Assembly: GCF_001194135.2 (NCBI RefSeq)
Contig: NC_068985.1
Location: 11,698,211-11,749,411 of the forward strand
Direction of reading: 5' to 3'
Origin: Octopus bimaculoides
Taxonomy: Eukaryota
DNA: 51,201 bases
The notes under the pieces were generated by a model, which was not told the DNA's origin, did not search any database, and was given only the letters and a program-made list of their open reading frames with translations. Below, piece by piece: positions 1 through 12,853 of the stretch (the first letter of the stretch is position 1; the number at the start of each line of letters is the position of its first letter). The translations under genes and the position numbers were made by a program.

Positions 1-129
1 ATATATATATGTTGGCACACAAGTAAACACACATGCACACACACACACAAACAGATACACACACTCACACAAATATATGTTCAAACACATAGATGCACAT
101 ACCCACATGTATGTATATATAAATATATG

Positions 130-173
<44 letters not shown>

Positions 174-420
174 GAGAGAAAGAGAGAAAGAGGTGGATTT
201 ATAATTGTAGTGTAGGGGACATAATGACTGCTATATTGTGATACCCAGCGAACGAGAGAGGTAAAGGAAGACAGAGAGAACGAGACTGTGGACAGAATGT
301 AGAGAGAGAAGAGAGAGAGGTGAGAGAGTGAGGGGAGGGAGGGGGAGAGAAGATAGAGAGTAAGGGGAGGAGGTAAGAGACATAGAGAATGTGAAAGGGA
401 GATCATTTAATAATTTAGTA
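1..420. repeat. (CA)n/(TA)n/(GA)n microsatellite and purine-rich low-complexity block
   Basis: Direct reading: acacac, tatata and agagag runs. Confidence 0.95.
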
Positions 421-998
421 CTAATGAAGATTTTATCAAAACAATGTATCTGCCATTAATAATAACGAAAAAAAAAAACAATTATGGCACAAAAATTCTG
501 GATGATTACATGTCGCTGCATATATGTATGTGTTTGGGTACGTGATTATCCTTCTATCTCCCCCCCCACTCTCTCTCTTCTTACCTCTGTATTTTATATT
601 GCGTAGACATGTAAGCAATTTATTTCACATTGAAATTATGATTAAAAGAAGAAAGCTGATAAGTGATTAACAAAATTTATTGATTTCTTATATCTCCTGA
701 CATTTTATGGTTTATANNNNNNNNNNNNNNNNNNNNNNNNNNNNNNNNNNNNNNNNNNNNNNNNNNNNNNNNNNNNNNNNNNNNNNNNNNNNNNNNNNNN
801 NNNNNNNNNNNNNNNNNNNNNNNNNNNNNNNNNNNNNNNNNNNNNNNNNNNNNNNNNNNNNNNNNNNNNNNNNNNNNNNNNNNNNNNNNNNNNNNNNNNN
901 NNNNNNNNNNNNNNNNNNNNNNNNNNNNNNNNNNNNNNNNNNNNNNNNNNNNNNNNNNNNNNNNNNNNNNNNNNNNNNNNNNNNNNNNNNNNNNNNNN

Positions 999-1032
<34 letters not shown>

Positions 1033-1849
1033 CGTATATACCTACTGTGATTTCGAGATACGTGAAAGCTCAGTAGGTATGCTTTCAGCCTTGATGTCAT
1101 ACCTTTCTAACACTCTGTATTTACGGTCACACCTGTTAACTTTGTAACTCAGTACACTTTCTTCTAACCTTCACTGAGAAAACTATTAACTTCTTAGGTT
1201 TTTCTTTTTATTTGTATCGCAGTGTCTTTAATTACTTAGTGTTAAGAAACTCACAAGAGACCCGAACAGCAGAACATCTTGAGAGGACAAACCCCACTCA
1301 GGAAAGAGCTTCGGCTTTAAAATTCCTAACCTCTAAGCGGTCCGGGCCGCATCCACATGATGACTTCAGATACCCTTCTGCCTCCACTAGAATTGTCACT
1401 CGTGTTTGTTGAAATCATTAAAAACAATTCCAGTCTTGATATTTTTTCTACCACATAAATTATGTTCGCTGAATTAAAGTGCTAAAAACTAAATTTAGCA
1501 AAATATATCTGACTGCTTACCCTAAATAAAGTACAGTTAAACATAATATCAAAATATATTAAGTTTTCATTCATATTTTTTGTTAAGTTGTTCAGCCATG
1601 ATATGTCCAGCAATATAATATATTTTCTTAGAGATAAGGACAGATTATATCTCGTTCATAATGTATCACTTTCCATTGATATGTTTTATCCAGAATATCG
1701 CAACGTGGATAGACTAGAAAGTTTGTACCGTGTCACTTGGGTAATAGTCTTTGAATTTTTGGAGTAAAACTCGAGACCCAATTCCGGACATGTTTCAAGG
1801 CTTAAGAGCGACGTATGTATACATTCTCGCATACGCACACATAACCAAA

Positions 1850-1918
1850 CACATATACATACACATTCTTTCTCTCTCTCGCCCACACATATTCTTTTTC
1901 TCTCTCTCACACACACAA

Positions 1919-1949
<31 letters not shown>

Positions 1950-2250
1950 TACACACATGCACATATATGCTTTGCGATTGCGTGTGTATATAGTCATGCG
2001 TATATGTTAAACGTATATGTGTGCCTGTGTGTGTATTTTTGCGTTTGTGTGCTTGAGTGTGTGTATGTATATATATATGTGTTTATATGTATATGTGGCT
2101 GTGCGTGTTTGCTTATGTGTTTGTCTGCCATTAACTCTCACAATTCGTCTCTTAGTCACCCTTCACCTTTCACTCTCTTTGTCTGTCTGTATCTCTCTGT
2201 ATATGTATGTACACACACGCACACATATGTCTATATGTAAAGAGAAAGAA

Positions 2251-2281
<31 letters not shown>

Positions 2282-2480
2282 AAGAGAGAGAGGAGAGGAA
2301 AAGAAATTCAGAGACAGACAGAGAAACAATGAAGGAGAGAGAGAGAGGGGAAGCAAGCTTGTATGGGTGTTTCTCTACAATTAGCACACACACACACACT
2401 CTCTCTCTCACACACACATACATAGAGACACACACAAATACACACAGATGCACACACACACACACAACGCACGCAAAAAA
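1850..2480. repeat. Mixed (CT)n/(GT)n/(GA)n/(CA)n microsatellite block
   Basis: Direct reading; overlapping ORFs are dipeptide-repeat artefacts. Confidence 0.95.
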
Positions 2481-3528
2481 ACATTTACAGATTTAAAAAA
2501 AACAACAACATTTGTCACTAAAATAAACACGAAAGAGACAGTATTGTTTAAAACCTTGGCAACGGTAACCATGCCAACGCGAAAAATATCAACATCAACA
2601 GAAGAGAATTTGAATTCACAGAAATCTCATGAAATTCAACACTTCCAACTTACTGTAGATGGTAAAGGAAATAGCTNNNNNNNNNNNNNNNNNNNNNNNN
2701 NNNNNNNNNNNNNNNNNNNNNNNNNNNNNNNNNNNNNNNNNNNNNNNNNNNNNNNNNNNNNNNNNNNNNNNNNNNNNNNNNNNNNNNNNNNNNNNNNNNN
2801 NNNNNNNNNNNNNNNNNNNNNNNNNNNNNNNNNNNNNNNNNNNNNNNNNNNNNNNNNNNNNNNNNNNNNNNNNNNNNNNNNNNNNNNNNNNNNNNNNNNN
2901 NNNNNNNNNNNNNNNNNNNNNNNNNNNNNNNNNNNNNNNNNNNNNNNNNNNNNNNNNNNNNNNNNNNNNNNNNNNNNNNNNNNNNNNNNNNNNNNNNNNN
3001 NNNNNNNNNNNNNNNNNNNNNNNNNNNNNNNNNNNNNNNNNNNNNNNNNNNNNNNNNNNNNNNNNNNNNNNNNNNNNNNNNNNNNNNNNNNNNNNNNNNN
3101 NNNNNNNNNNNNNNNNNNNNNNNNNNNNNNNNNNNNNNNNNNNNNNNNNNNNNNNNNNNNNNNNNNNNNNNNNNNNNNNNNNNNNNNNNNNNNNNNNNNN
3201 NNNNNNNNNNNNNNNNNNNNNNNNNNNNNNNNNNNNNNNNNNNNNNNNNNNNNNNNNNNNNNNNNNNNNNNNNNNNNNNNNNNNNNNNNNNNNNNNNNNN
3301 NNNNNNNNNNNNNNNNNNNNNNNNNNNNNNNNNNNNNNNNNNNNNNNNNNNNNNNNNNNNNNNNNNNNNNNNNNNNNNNNNNNNNNNNNNNNNNNNNNNN
3401 NNNNNNNNNNNNNNNNNNNNNNNNNNNNNNNNNNNNNNNNNNNNNNNNNNNNNNNNNNNNNNNNNNNNNNNNNNNNNNNNNNNNNNNNNNNNNNNNNNNN
3501 TATATATATACATATATATATGTACGTA

Positions 3529-3604
<76 letters not shown>

Positions 3605-4042
3605 CACACACACATACAAACACACATACATAAACAGGCATACACATATATATATATATATATACATACATATATAAACACACACACATATACATACATA
3701 CATATACATATACATATACGTATATAGCAACACACACATATATACACTCACATTTATGTATTGTTTGCGTCGATATAGTTGAAAAAATTTGAGACGTGAA
3801 ATTGAAATTTTGACTTTTTATCGGTAGAATTCAAACAATAGATGAATCTATAATAGCGTATGTATGTATGTATGTATGTATGTATGTATCTATCTATCTA
3901 TCTATCTATCTATATATATNNNNNNNNNNNNNNNNNNNNNNNNNNNNNNNNNNNNNNNNNNNNNNNNNNNNNNNNNNNNNNNNNNNNNNNNNNNNNNNNN
4001 NNNNNNNNNNNNNNNNNNNNNNNNNNNNNNNNNNNNNNNNNN

Positions 4043-4085
<43 letters not shown>

Positions 4086-4487
4086 AATATGATACTAGAT
4101 ATGTTTGTGCACGTATGAATCATCATGTGGCAATATGTCTACATTGCGGATAATGTTTGATTGGTGAAGAATCCAAACTTCCTTCAAATTATAGCCAACT
4201 GTTTCGTGTCATATACTTTTATCAAAAAGAAGGAAACACTTATGTGACAGTTCGCTGAATCTCTCACAAATCACAACATATGTGTTGTATATTATGTTGT
4301 GTGAGCCACCGACGCTTCTACGTTTCAAATAAAACTATTAAAAAGAGCAATACTCTCTTGTGTGCACATACAAGTGAGCCAGCGTGCGCGTTGTTGCAGA
4401 ATAGCCAATTCTGTATGAAATCGCACTCTGCTGTTTCATGAATGATTTTATCAATATAAGCAATCAAATACTCTATCCAATGGATAG

Positions 4488-4667
4488 AGTGTGGGTCACA
4501 GGATATGACAATGATGGCCCTTTGAAGTAGAGGTACTACACATTTTTGCCAGCGAGTGACCAGGAGCAACGTGACGTAAAATATAGTGTCTTGCCCCTTG
4601 GAATCAAACTCACGACCTTACGATCGTAGGTCGAATGCCTTAACTGTTAAGTCACGCGCCTTCACAC
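4488..4667 (-). mobile_element. tRNA-derived SINE (head B + central domain + start of tail T), truncated
   Basis: Minus strand reads gtgtgaaggcgcgtgacttaacagttaagg...gagtttgattcc (A/B-box-like), then gcaagacactatatttt..cacgttgctcc..ctggcaaaaatg and tttcaaagggcc, as in the copies at 46271-46520 and 37600-37650. Confidence 0.75.
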
Positions 4668-5232
4668 GATCACTCCGATATTGTAGCCAAATCACAGCAT
4701 AATGTTTGTGTATGTATTTTAATAATGGACAGAGTACCAGTAAATATTTTGCCCTTAATAGCTAAGAATTAATTTTCTATTAAATATAATCCATCTCCAT
4801 CAAGCTGAAATCTTCTAAGTTATATTCAAGTCAACAAAGAGACCAGTAGTTGGTAGCTGTAGCTGATATATTTAACAACCACACTTTCTATGAAACCATC
4901 AACCCGGCTCACCACATATTTGCCATATTACACAATATGCCATAACAACATGAAGTCACATGACCTATATGCGCATTCATCTCAGGAAAATTCTTTTGAT
5001 GCAGTCTTTCTCATCCAGAATATTTTAAAGGCCAATTGACTTGATGTGAAAGTTTTAAAGGCCTGACATGGCTATCAGACTCAGCTAGGCTGTAAATATT
5101 ACACCAGACAGACACTTTGCTATAGCCATCAATACATTTCAAACCTACTTTATTGAAAATTTTGGATAAAATTATTTTCTTAACACTTTTTCTCTTTACT
5201 TCATGAAATATATCTCGAAAGAGATAAAACAA

Positions 5233-5408
5233 CGATCGCGCAGAATCGTTAGCATACTGGGCAAAGTACTTAGCGACATTTTCAGTTCAAATTTCACCGA
5301 GGTCGACGTAGCCTATCGATAAAATAAGTACCAGTTAAGTACTGGGGTCGGTGCAATCGAATTACCCCATTCTCCGAAATAGGCTGACCTTGTGCCAAAA
5401 TTTGAAAG
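5233..5408 (+). mobile_element. SINE family C copy, degenerate
   Basis: gcagaatcgttagc...gttcaaattt..ccgaggtcgac...gataaaataagtaccagtt..tactggggtcg...ccttgtgcc, matching the reverse complements of 11263-11427 and 12165-12389. Confidence 0.8.
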
Positions 5409-5649
5409 CAATATATCAAAAGAGAGAGACGCGAACGGTCTGTTTATCGAAACGTTACAGATCATAATCAAGAATATTAGTTTTGTGTTTGGTTCTAAAT
5501 CCTTATTGAAGGAGAAAATTTTGATTTCCTATATCGTTACTTGGTTGATTACTACTTATTTAGGAATGTGAGCCAAACTCAGCAATATTAGCTTATGATA
5601 TTACATCGTACATGTGTTGTATAGTGAAACTGTACACCCCTCTCGGTAA

Positions 5650-6030
5650 AAAGCGGTAGTAACCAGCCATTATAAGTAGACCAGTAAGCTGACGAGAAAG
5701 GTCGAGAGTACGTGTAGATTGTGTTGATAGTCGTGTCAGTTCTGATATAATAATAATACTATGATACTGAGTGGAGCTTATAACGGTCCAACATTTTGAG
5801 GATAATAACACTGTGAGACTGGGGGTCGTACAGTGCCAGAGGGAACCATTCTATTGACGGCTTTAGAATATAAAAATATCTGTCAGAGCGACAAGCGTCG
5901 TCAAAAGACAGATACAACAGTTGCAAAAGACTGCTTCCCAACAACATGCTACCAATGATTATATATGTGAATGTGTTTTGGGAATTTTGTCCTGTTCCAG
6001 CATGAATTTGAGACGTTTGTTTTGTGTTGA
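5650..6030 (+). mobile_element. Possible RTE-clade LINE 3' remnant
   Basis: Frameshifted translation RPVS*RERSRVRVDC / CETGGRTVPEG / KRRQK / NDYICEC loosely resembles the RTE C-terminus (GRP..RW.D / R..WR..V / terminal zinc finger). Confidence 0.3.
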
Positions 6031-6284
6031 CGTTTTGATAGTGCAATATCATTGAGTATCACACAATTTACTCATTGTATCACAGCGTTTGCACCATGTA
6101 AAACTCCATTATCACCACGAGATATAAATTGATCGGGTATCAACAGATCTATTATTTCTATAAAATCTACTGAACATTCGGGAACGGTGGACCTAAATGA
6201 ATACAATAAAATATACTAGAACTGAGGTCAATTCTTAGAAATGTACAAAGAGCAAAGAAGCCTTTCCTGTATAATATTTATATA

Positions 6285-6833
6285 GGCGTAGGAATGGCTG
6301 TGTAGTAAGAAGCTTGCTTACGAACCACATGGTTCCGGGTTCACTCCCACTGCGTGGCACCTTGGGCAAGTGTCTCCTACTATAGCCTCAGGCCAACCAA
6401 AGCCTTGTGAGTGAATTTGGTAGACGGAAACTGAAAGAAGCCCGTCGTATATATANNNNNNNNNNNNNNNNNNNNNNNNNNNNNNNNNNNNNNNNNNNNN
6501 NNNNNNNNNNNNNNNNNNNNNNNNNNNNNNNNNNNNNNNNNNNNNNNNNNNNNNNNNNNNNNNNNNNNNNNNNNNNNNNNNNNNNNNNNNNNNNNNNNNN
6601 NATATATATGTATGTATGTGTGTATATGTTTGTGCGTCTGTGTTTGCCCCCCCCCACATCATTTAACAACCGATGAAGGTGTGTTTACGTCCCCGTAGCG
6701 TAGCTGTTCGGTAAGAGAGAACGATAGAATAAGTACTAGGCTTACAAAGAATAAGTCCTGGTGTCGATTTGCTCGACTAAATAGGCGGTGCTCCAGCATG
6801 GCCACAGTCAAATGACTGAAACAAGTAAAAAAG
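6285..6833 (+). mobile_element. tRNA-derived SINE family A, full length, internal microsatellite spans an N-gap
   Basis: Head ggaatggctgtgtagtaag...ggttccgggttcactccc; body ccttgggcaagtgtc..gaaactgaaagaagcccgtcg; tail ggcggtgctccagcatggcc.cagtcaaatgactgaaacaagt; several homologous copies in the window. Confidence 0.92.
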
Positions 6834-8470
6834 TATGTGCATAGCTAAAGAACTAAGAAAAAAAGGAATATGATTGCTTTTCAAAATGAAGATTTCGAAG
6901 AATAAGACGATCATTTATGTTATGAAAATTCTTCCTCTATGTGCGTCTAGCTTATTTTCACAACTTAATTAAAAGACTGAAGATTCATAGAAATTAAGAA
7001 AAAGATATACACAAAATGGAAGTGCACACACCCACCACATTCACATACACACACGCACACACACAATCACATACACACATTCACACATTCACATACACAC
7101 ACGCACACACACAATCATGCAAATACGCACAGATCTAAGAACATACATATATATGCAAACGTAAACAGTAAGTTAAACATTGCAAGCGATAAATAGATCA
7201 TATTTCAAGGATGGATGTGTTATACAATTTTATTTTTCTGCGACCGATGTTATTTCGACTTCGTTCTTATTTTTGTAGAGCGAATCGTATCAGCTGCATT
7301 ATTTAGTCGAAGACATTTCATTTAAAATAATGTACGATATTAAGAAAATACATCTGCATCGTTATTTTCCCTAATCATCCTAGCTGTTATCATTGACATT
7401 GTTTTTCTAAAAAGACACAACGTTGAAACACACGTAAGGAACAAATGTTATGTAAATCGTAATCAGTAATACAACAAAATGTGGTAATAATGAAACCAAA
7501 TGACTATACAGGACGTTGATAATCTATAAGGCGGTCAAAACTGAACAGCAGCAGCCGTCTGTAGACACAAGATGAACAGTATGTAAATAAACATGTAATA
7601 TAATCCAGATCAGAAGACAGAGGTTTTAACACATTTTTAATGGCGTGTCATTAAAGACGTGTTAAAATCTTTCTTTGTCTTTTTCTTTGGATTATGTTCT
7701 GTACTAAACCCACGCAACAGATTTACCATTGTGAAACCAAATTTTCTTTATCCGAAGAATTCTAATATTAGGCTGGAATCCGTCAGTGTAAATAGCCTAA
7801 AGCTCAGATTGAATGCTGAATTGGAAACACTCGATCTCTTCACCATCACAGGACATTACATATGTGTATGTGTGTATATGTGTGTGTGTGTGTGTTTACG
7901 TCTGTGGGGGCGTGTATGTATATACATAGTTGGTAACCCACCCGCCACTTGCTAACTATAACCTTCCATCTGATCCATCTTGAAGCAGATTATCAAATCG
8001 AATTGATCCCCATTTTTTTTTTTTTTCTTCTCAGCTCTAGTCGGAATCCCATTTTTTATCTTTTGATTTCTTATTTGATTAGCCAAATGTTTGTGTTTCA
8101 TTTGTGGTTTGTTCTGATATCTCGTTTTACAAGATCGCTGTCGGCAGAGCATCTGTTTTGGCAACCGAGTTTAAATTCTTTGAAGATATTCAGACCAGCA
8201 GAAATTCCAGCTATATTTTTCACAATTCAATGGCAGACGTTTATGGAGACGGATTGAAAAACATTATATAACGTCATGAAAATCGCTAAGAACAACATAT
8301 ATGTACAGACACACACGCACAAACACACAAACCACACACAAGCATATAGGCACATATGTAGACACGCATATATGTATGCACACAAACATAAAAACATACG
8401 TATATACATACATATATGTGGGTGCATATATATATATATATATATACATTTATGACTACCTCACAAGTAT

Positions 8471-8728
8471 TATGGCCCCCGATACTAAAAGTTTCAAACA
8501 TATGGAACCCATGCACGTTCTTCAGGCGGATGCAATACCATCAGACTTCAGCAGTTTAAATACTAGACCGAATTTTAAAACAGGGCGAAAGAAACCCAGC
8601 ATCAGTTTGTTTCGCCCGTTTTTAAATTTAGTTTAGTGTTTAAACTGCTTAAGTCCGATGGTATGGTTGCCGCCCGAAGAACGTACATGGATTTCATATA
8701 CGTGAAACTTTCAGTAGCGTGGGCCATA
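8471..8728. mobile_element. Foldback MITE with TA ends (Tc1/mariner-type), about 258 bp
   Basis: Left arm tatggccccc.gatactaaaagtttc...gggcgaaa pairs with right arm tttcgccc...gaaactttcagtagcgtgggccata at roughly 80% by eye; arms of about 115-120 bp with a short spacer. Confidence 0.8.
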
Positions 8729-8850
8729 CATGTGAGGTGGTCATAAACAATTAATATTTACTCACGTTAGATGGAATACTCTTTTTGTTGAACCTGGGCA
8801 TACGGACCTATTCATTACATATATAGAAGGAGCACAATATACATATATAT

Positions 8851-9130
8851 ATATATATGTATATTGTGCTCCTTCTAGCTAAGACTAGGGATCTCATCAG
8901 ACGAATGAGATGGAAGGCCTTCTTCCACGATAACCAGACATATAGAAACGACTCAAGTGTTCTCTCCCTTTTTTCAGCGCATCACACTCTATACCACTTC
9001 ATACTAAAACTATCCGCCTATGGATATAATAATAGATTCCTTTATATTTTCTGTCTCCGATGAAGGGAAGTACTAGATCTTCCCAGAAACAGCTGTAAGA
9101 CTCTATCCATAAAATACTTCTCCAACCTTA
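8851..9130 (+). mobile_element. Penelope-like element fragment (N-terminal ORF piece plus HHR-bearing terminus)
   Basis: Translation KTRDLIRRMRWKAFFH resembles the RRxRWKAFF motif of Penelope ORF N-termini; an HHR motif follows at 9053-9101. Confidence 0.6.
9053..9101 (+). ncRNA. Minimal type I hammerhead ribozyme motif (core U4C variant)
   Basis: Stem I gtct/agac; core ccgatga; stem II gggaag/cttccc; GAAA; palindromic stem III acagctgt; GUA cleavage triplet. Confidence 0.7.
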
Positions 9131-9555
9131 TCATTGCTCTCTTTATCTTTTTATTTTTATATATTTACATATACACACGCTAATACACGACTTATAATCC
9201 CCAATCCTGTTCATACAACGACTGGGGCAAAACTAGTCGGTATACAGCACTTACTCGGTATTACCTGTATCCTCTTGGGTTTGGTTAAATCCAATACCCT
9301 CCTCAACCTTATATATATATNNNNNNNNNNNNNNNNNNNNNNNNNNNNNNNNNNNNNNNNNNNNNNNNNNNNNNNNNNNNNNNNNNNNNNNNNNNNNNNN
9401 NNNNNNNNNNNNNNNNNNNNNNNNNNNNNNNNNNNNNNNNNNNNNNNNNNNNNNNNNNNNNNNNNNNNNNNNNNNNNNNNNNNNNNNNNNNNNNNNNNNN
9501 NNNNNNNNNNNNNNNNNNNNNNNNNNNNNNNNNNNNNNNNNNNNNNNNNNNNNNN

Positions 9556-9719
9556 CCGATGCTGGTGTGTTTACGTCCTCGTAACTTAGCGGTTTCGGCA
9601 AAAGAGACCGATAGAATAAGTACTAGGGTTATAAAGAATAAGTCGTGGGGTCGATTTACTCGACTAAAGGCGGTGCACCAGCATGGCCGCAGTCAAATGA
9701 CTAAAACAAGTGAAAGAGA
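9556..9719 (+). mobile_element. SINE family A, 3' half (5' part probably in the N-gap)
   Basis: ccgatgctggtgtgtttacgtc...taaaggcggtgcaccagcatggccgcagtcaaatgact matches the family A tail. Confidence 0.9.
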
Positions 9720-10168
9720 TGCTCGATTGAAATATACAACTACAGTCCCAGTGTGAAGAACATTAGCACTAGTAAGCGTCACCAAGGGCCCACTCCTAGG
9801 TGTAGAAGAGGAGACTGAAGATAACCAACTTGACAAGACGTGTATGATAAACTCCGTCGTCTGTGCGGTAGAAGTCACAGTAGCGCTTCAAGGAAACCTA
9901 ACTGAAAGAAAAATTACATTAGTTTATGTGAAGTTAAGTTCAAACGATTTTATGCAAACCATCGGTCTTCTTTCCTGCATATCGACAATAGTAAAGCCAC
10001 TGAGTTGGATAGCATGTATAGGGTTTGAAAACCAAATGCACACCACATAAAATCAAGTGAGGAATCATAGAGAGAAAACCATGCTATATATAAATGGGCC
10101 TATGTAATGCAAATAATGAATCACTGAAAGATTGCACATTCTTTTTAGATCTAAGTATTCCAGGACAC

Positions 10169-10507
10169 TCTTTTACTGTTTTACTTGTTTCAGATATTTG
10201 ACTACGGCCATGCTGGAGCACCGCCTTTAGTCGAGGAAATCGACCCCAGGCCTTATTCTTTGTAAGCCTAGTACTTATTCTATGGGTTTCTTTTGCCGAA
10301 CCGCTAAGTTATGGGGACGTAAACACACCAGCATCGGTTATCAAGCGATAGTGGGGGAACAAACACAAACACACAAACACACACGCACACACATGTATAT
10401 ACATATACATATATACGACGGGCGACTTTCAATTTCTGTCTACCAAATCCACTTACAAGGCTTTCCCCAAGGTACCACGCAGTGGGACAGAACCCGGAAC
10501 CATGTGA
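10169..10507 (-). mobile_element. SINE family A copy with internal deletion
   Basis: Reverse complement of the family A tail and head (ccatgctggagcaccgcctttagtcgag; ccacgcagtgggacagaacccggaaccatgtg). Confidence 0.9.
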
Positions 10508-11262
10508 TTAGACAATTCCAAATCTGAAATTTTCAGGAAATGCAAGCATATGGTCAAATTTCTTTTGGTAAATAGAAGACACCGCCTTCTATGGATGTAG
10601 CAGCTGTCTCGCAGATTTGGACCCTACAAAAACTAGTATGATTATGGTTTCAACGGTTAAAAAGGACCAATTTTCTTCATTTTCCTTTCCCTATATTAAT
10701 TTTATTCATTCTTCCAAGTATTGCATCAACTTTCTCGTTTTTTACTCGTAATTCCTCATGTAGTAGCATCCTGATTTTCAAGTAAAACTGACTCTGTGCT
10801 CAGAGCTCTGAGACTGCTTGACACACAAAGCACGTTGCAAAAAATAGCTAGTCACGTGCGTTCACAACAAGAAACTCTAGGTAGCCCTTATCTCTATGCT
10901 GTTTAGAATACATTTTCTGTAACTTTATATATATATATATATATATATNNNNNNNNNNNNNNNNNNNNNNNNNNNNNNNNNNNNNNNNNNNNNNNNNNNN
11001 NNNNNNNNNNNNNNNNNNNNNNNNNNNNNNNNNNNNNNNNNNNNNNNNNNNNNNNNNNNNNNNNNNNNNNNNNNNNNNNNNNNNNNNNNNNNNNNNNNNN
11101 NNNNNNNNNNNNNNNNNNNNNNNNNNNNNNNNNNNNNNNNNNNNNNNNNNNNNNNNNNNNNNNNNNNNNNNNNNNNNATATATATATATATATAAACTTA
11201 AGTAAACTTAAATATGTTTCGACCAAAGATTGGTCCAGGCCATGTCTAACGTAATAGCACCA

Positions 11263-11427
11263 CCTTTTCTAGTCAAGGCACAAGGCCCGAAATTTTGGGG
11301 GAGGGCTGCCAGTCGATTACATTGATCCAGTACGCAACTGCTACTTAATTCATTAGACTCCAAAAAGATGAAAGGTAAAGTCGACCTCGGCGGAAATTGA
11401 ACGTACTAACGTTTCTCCCAGCTCGCC
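11263..11427 (-). mobile_element. SINE family C copy with internal deletion
   Basis: ggcacaaggcccgaaattttggggg...gatgaaaggtaaagtcgacctcggcgg...ccagctcgcc. Confidence 0.85.
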
Positions 11428-12164
11428 TCATATACATATAGTGAGAAATATCTAGACATATAGAGATAGACAGATAGATAGATAGAGACCGTATACATAT
11501 ATATAATATATACAAACACACTCGCACGCACACATACATAATTATTTTTCATATAAACTACGACATGCAGTATATGTGCTTCAGCCTATCGGAAATTTTT
11601 TGCAGCGAGAAAGATTTCATTCGTTGAGGATATAAGTATTAATCCTGTTACACTGAGAGTCCTATTTCTGCTAATCAATTACTGTTTCCTTTCGTATTTA
11701 CTACGAATACATACATACATACATACATACATACATACATACATACATAATACACATACACACTATATATACATATGTGTATATGTACATGTGCATAAAC
11801 ACATATACACACATATATATATATATATATATACAAACGTTTACATACATAAGCACAGATAAATATGACTATTTGTAGGTAATTCAACATACATATTAAT
11901 AAACTTATACATACACTAGTTCAAGCACTTTACATATATATATGCTGTTACATCTATATCTATAAATCTATCTATCAATCAATCAATCAATCAATCAATC
12001 TATCTATCTATCTACTTACGTATCTATCTACCTGTCTGTCTATCTACTTGTATGTCTATCTACCTGTCTGTTAGTTTATCTATTTATCTGTCTGTCTATC
12101 TGCTTGTCATCCTGTCTGTCTCTCTGCTTATGTATCTATCTATCTATATATCTATCTAGTTTCC

Positions 12165-12389
12165 TTATTACCCTCTAGGGGCTAAACATAGAGGGGTCAA
12201 ACAAGGAGAGACAAGGGGATTAAGTCTATTATATCCACCCCAGTGCGTTACTGGTACTTATTTAATCGACTCCGAATAGATGAAAGGCAAAATCAAATTC
12301 AGTGGAATTTGAACCCAGAACGTAAAGACAGACGAAATACCGCCAAGCATTTCGTCCAGCGTGCTCACGATTCTGCCAGCAAGCCGCCT
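12165..12389 (-). mobile_element. SINE family C copy
   Basis: ccccagtgcgttactggtacttattt..gatgaaaggcaaa..atttgaacccagaacgtaaagacagacgaaataccg..gattctgccagc. Confidence 0.88.
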
Positions 12390-12401
12390 TCTATCTATCT
12401 C

Positions 12402-12466
<65 letters not shown>

Positions 12467-12853
12467 GTCTGAGAACTCATCACAGCCTGATGAGACCCGC
12501 TACTGGCTCCAAGTAAACCACTAGTACCTATTCTATGTTGAAGTGACTACTTGACTACCTTACCACACTTGTGAGGAAGGTGCCTGGATACCAAGCAGGT
12601 CTAAAAGCAAGACCTGTCCAGGATTGGAACTGCTCCTTGTGTGCCAACGGCCACTTAGATGGGAAATGCAATGGCAAATCACCTCAATCTTTCTAGCAAT
12701 TGAACACGGCGACAAAGTCAACACTAAATAACGCTGTGGCTTCATCCGACGAGATATCTCGCACTTGATCGGAAAGACTTTCGTTGCAGTATCTTCAGTG
12801 TGCTGCAGAGCATACTATACATAATGGCGATGATAATGATACGTGTACATGTA

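Noticed and set aside
2490-2676. About 62 stop-free codons before a gap (possible exon)
   Set aside because: No recognisable domain, the acceptor lacks a pyrimidine tract, and the end is hidden in Ns.
12487-12520. ctgatgagacc as a possible HHR
   Set aside because: No proper stem II, GAAA or stem I partner. The same applies to ctgatga near 42694.
12560-12830. Possible RTE 3' remnant (KQDLSRIG, MQWQ)
   Set aside because: The similarity is too weak to support by eye.
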